DNA of 64,000 nucleotides from Spironucleus salmonicida. Its lineage: Eukaryota. Shown piece by piece: positions 61,945 to 64,000 of the stretch. Each line of letters begins with the position of its first letter. Within the stretch, counting starts at the first letter, position 1. The position numbers were made by a program, and so were the translations under genes. Under the pieces are notes generated by a model. The model saw nothing but the letters and a program-made list of their open reading frames with translations. It had not been told where the DNA came from and did no database searches. Where the stretch lies: positions 1,550,001-1,614,000 of the forward strand of contig NC_090601.1 in NCBI RefSeq assembly GCF_000497125.1, in the 5' to 3' direction.

Positions 61945-61962
61945 GAAAATTAAGTCACTTTA

Positions 61963-62574
61963 TCACCAGAATTCACCGATATCTTAAATAGAACTAAAAT
62001 TAATAGATTATAGAGATGGGAATGCATTTATGAGACCTAAAGATGCTAGAATTGTTTTCTCCTCTGATTAATCAAAATTGTAAGTAAATTCTTCATTTTA
62101 AAGTTCATAAATATTAGGTATTATGGTTTACGTTGGCTTTAGAAGATTTGCTTTAAATTTTCTGATTGCGCCATACACATAGTTGTCAATTGATGTTGGG
62201 AAAATATGGTACTTAGCAAGTTCTTGTCTTACAATTGTTTTTACTTTGGCTTGGTTGATATTACTGCCAAAAAGATCAGTGCAGTAATTAAAGACAATCT
62301 AATCAGCTTCATCTGAGTGTTGTGCCATTATTCCAGTATAAGCATATTTCCTGTAACAATTTGTAAAATGCTTCACTGTCCAATCTCCAGTTACACCTAT
62401 AAGATCATTTAGTTAAGGCCAAAAATTTGATTTTTTAAAAGTTGTAAGTGACTCAAAAAGTTAAAGTGCAGTCTAGGGATCAAGATTTTTTTATTAAACA
62501 CCTGCTCTATCTTAAACAAGGTATGAAAAATGCTAATGGAACAATTAATGATTTGCAGGAGGTTGTCTTCCCAT
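61963..62574 (-). CDS. Hypothetical protein (203 aa)
   Basis: MGRQPPAN...GEFW*; AGTGA just downstream. Confidence 0.7.
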
Positions 62575-62828
62575 TTTCGAAAGGAATTCACAAACATGAT
62601 ATGTCAGAAAAATGTAATACTAGTGTAATAAGAATATAATATTGATCATCTTAAATAATTTATTAGGGAGGTGGTTATAATATAGTTTATATGCTGATAT
62701 TTTTAAAATAATATTAATAAAAGAAAATAGTATATATTACATGATATTAATATTTATATAATAGTTAAAAAATTATTTATAATATTAATTATACTGAAGA
62801 TCATAAAATATAGTTAAAAACATAATGA

Positions 62829-63692
62829 TCACCATTAATAACCATCAACCTACTCGTTACCTTGTTGTTATTTATTCCATTCTACCGCCAATTAGTCTTC
62901 ATAGCTAACTTGAGCAGTAGCATATGCATTTTATTACGTTTATTATTAGAATTAGTCCAAAGCAGCATCTTAGCTGACTGGATATGATTGGTAAGACTAC
63001 TATTAGTAGGAATCTGTATTATAAGAAGGTTATTATTAATATGGAGAAGCCTATTAAACAAAAGGAGCTACCTGTTAAGCCACTGGAGCAATGTTTTAAA
63101 CTTAGGATTTTGGTTACTGTTAGATTTCATTAGGTCTAGGAGATATATGTTATGCCGGAGCCTATTAATTTCCATTAAAGTTTAATAAGTTTAAGGTAGT
63201 AGCAGCATCTGACAACATTGTTATTTCATAAGGATTGAAAGTTTCATAAAATTAATCTAAAATTTAAGTAGATTTACTTTCGACAAGCTACATAGCATTA
63301 AGCTGAGTTTACAAATCTTGCTCAATTTTACTTTTTGTTTATTACAAAATTACAATCTACGTTTAAGCTTCCTACTATTTTTTACCATTTAACTTTTTAG
63401 ACTTGTTGTCTATCTCTTTTTCTACCTTCTGGAGCTTCTCCTCTACTTTGCGGGCTAAATCAGCAATATCTTTCCTATCTACTAATTATTCATCAGCTAT
63501 TTACTTCAGTTGCATAAGACGTGTATTCACGGAGGCTAAAATATTAGGAAATTTCATGCCGTAGGAATTTGGTTCTGGTTTGTTAGCAATAAGCTTCTAT
63601 ATTACAGAGGCTTAAATCGAAATCTACTCAAGTGCGTATTAAAGATTTATATTAGCACGCTTTTTTATATCATGGATTATTTGATAGGTCAT
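62829..63692 (-). CDS. Coiled-coil protein with Pro/Gln-rich C-terminus
   Basis: MTYQIIHD... code-6 ORF. Confidence 0.7.
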
Positions 63693-64000
63693 TTTAGATT
63701 TGAAACGGATGTATATTTTTTTAGAGATTTAATTTATGTCTCGATTATTGTTGATAATATAAAAATAAAAATTAGTTAGAAACGAAAAAAGACTTATAGT
63801 ATACATTAATATATCATTTAATTTATTATTCAAGTTAAATTATTCTGGAACCTATAAATAGGTATAGTTTAAATTATTTAAGAGTATTATATCATCAATA
63901 GCATATATAGATTTAACCACTTTAAATGCCATTTCCTGATTCTTTAATATGTCAGATTTGCCATGGACTAGCTCAGCAACCAGTCCCTCTATCATGTAAT

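Noticed and set aside
1-64000. Mass pseudogenisation suggested by frequent in-frame TAA/TAG
   Set aside because: These codons fall at Gln positions in essential genes; explained by genetic code 6.

Overview
Gene-dense, AT-rich eukaryotic DNA with no introns that I could detect. It uses the alternative code TAA/TAG=Gln with TGA as the only stop. Together with AGTGA stop/polyadenylation signals and C-rich pre-ATG motifs, this points to a hexamitid diplomonad (Spironucleus-like). The supplied standard-code ORF track therefore fragments almost every gene, so I retranslated by hand with code 6 and found about 60 CDS. Recognisable genes: CCT-beta, Nfu1, RPS3, RPL5, a hexose transporter, a phosducin-like protein, an SP-RING ligase, V-ATPase C, RPA49-like, malic enzyme, CLUAP1/IFT38, RPAC2, DZIP1-like, PP2C, a pseudokinase, an OTU protease, a flavodoxin-fold quinone reductase, a partial-p25alpha repeat protein, POC1, a CTL transporter and several Myb proteins. 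The main structural feature is a 2,531-bp, very GC-rich five-gene cassette (including SPC25-like and Myb) present as a near-identical inverted repeat (44249-46779 / 51768-54298) around a 5-kb segment. The large gene in that segment ends inside the repeat, so the segment could invert without breaking a reading frame. Other candidates of note are a divergent profilin-like gene, a CH-domain/Ras-like GTPase fusion, a TORTIFOLIA1-like protein, a compact IPK1-like kinase, a paralogous HxxxD acyltransferase pair and a transglutaminase-like protein. All family calls are motif recognition by eye, not database hits.
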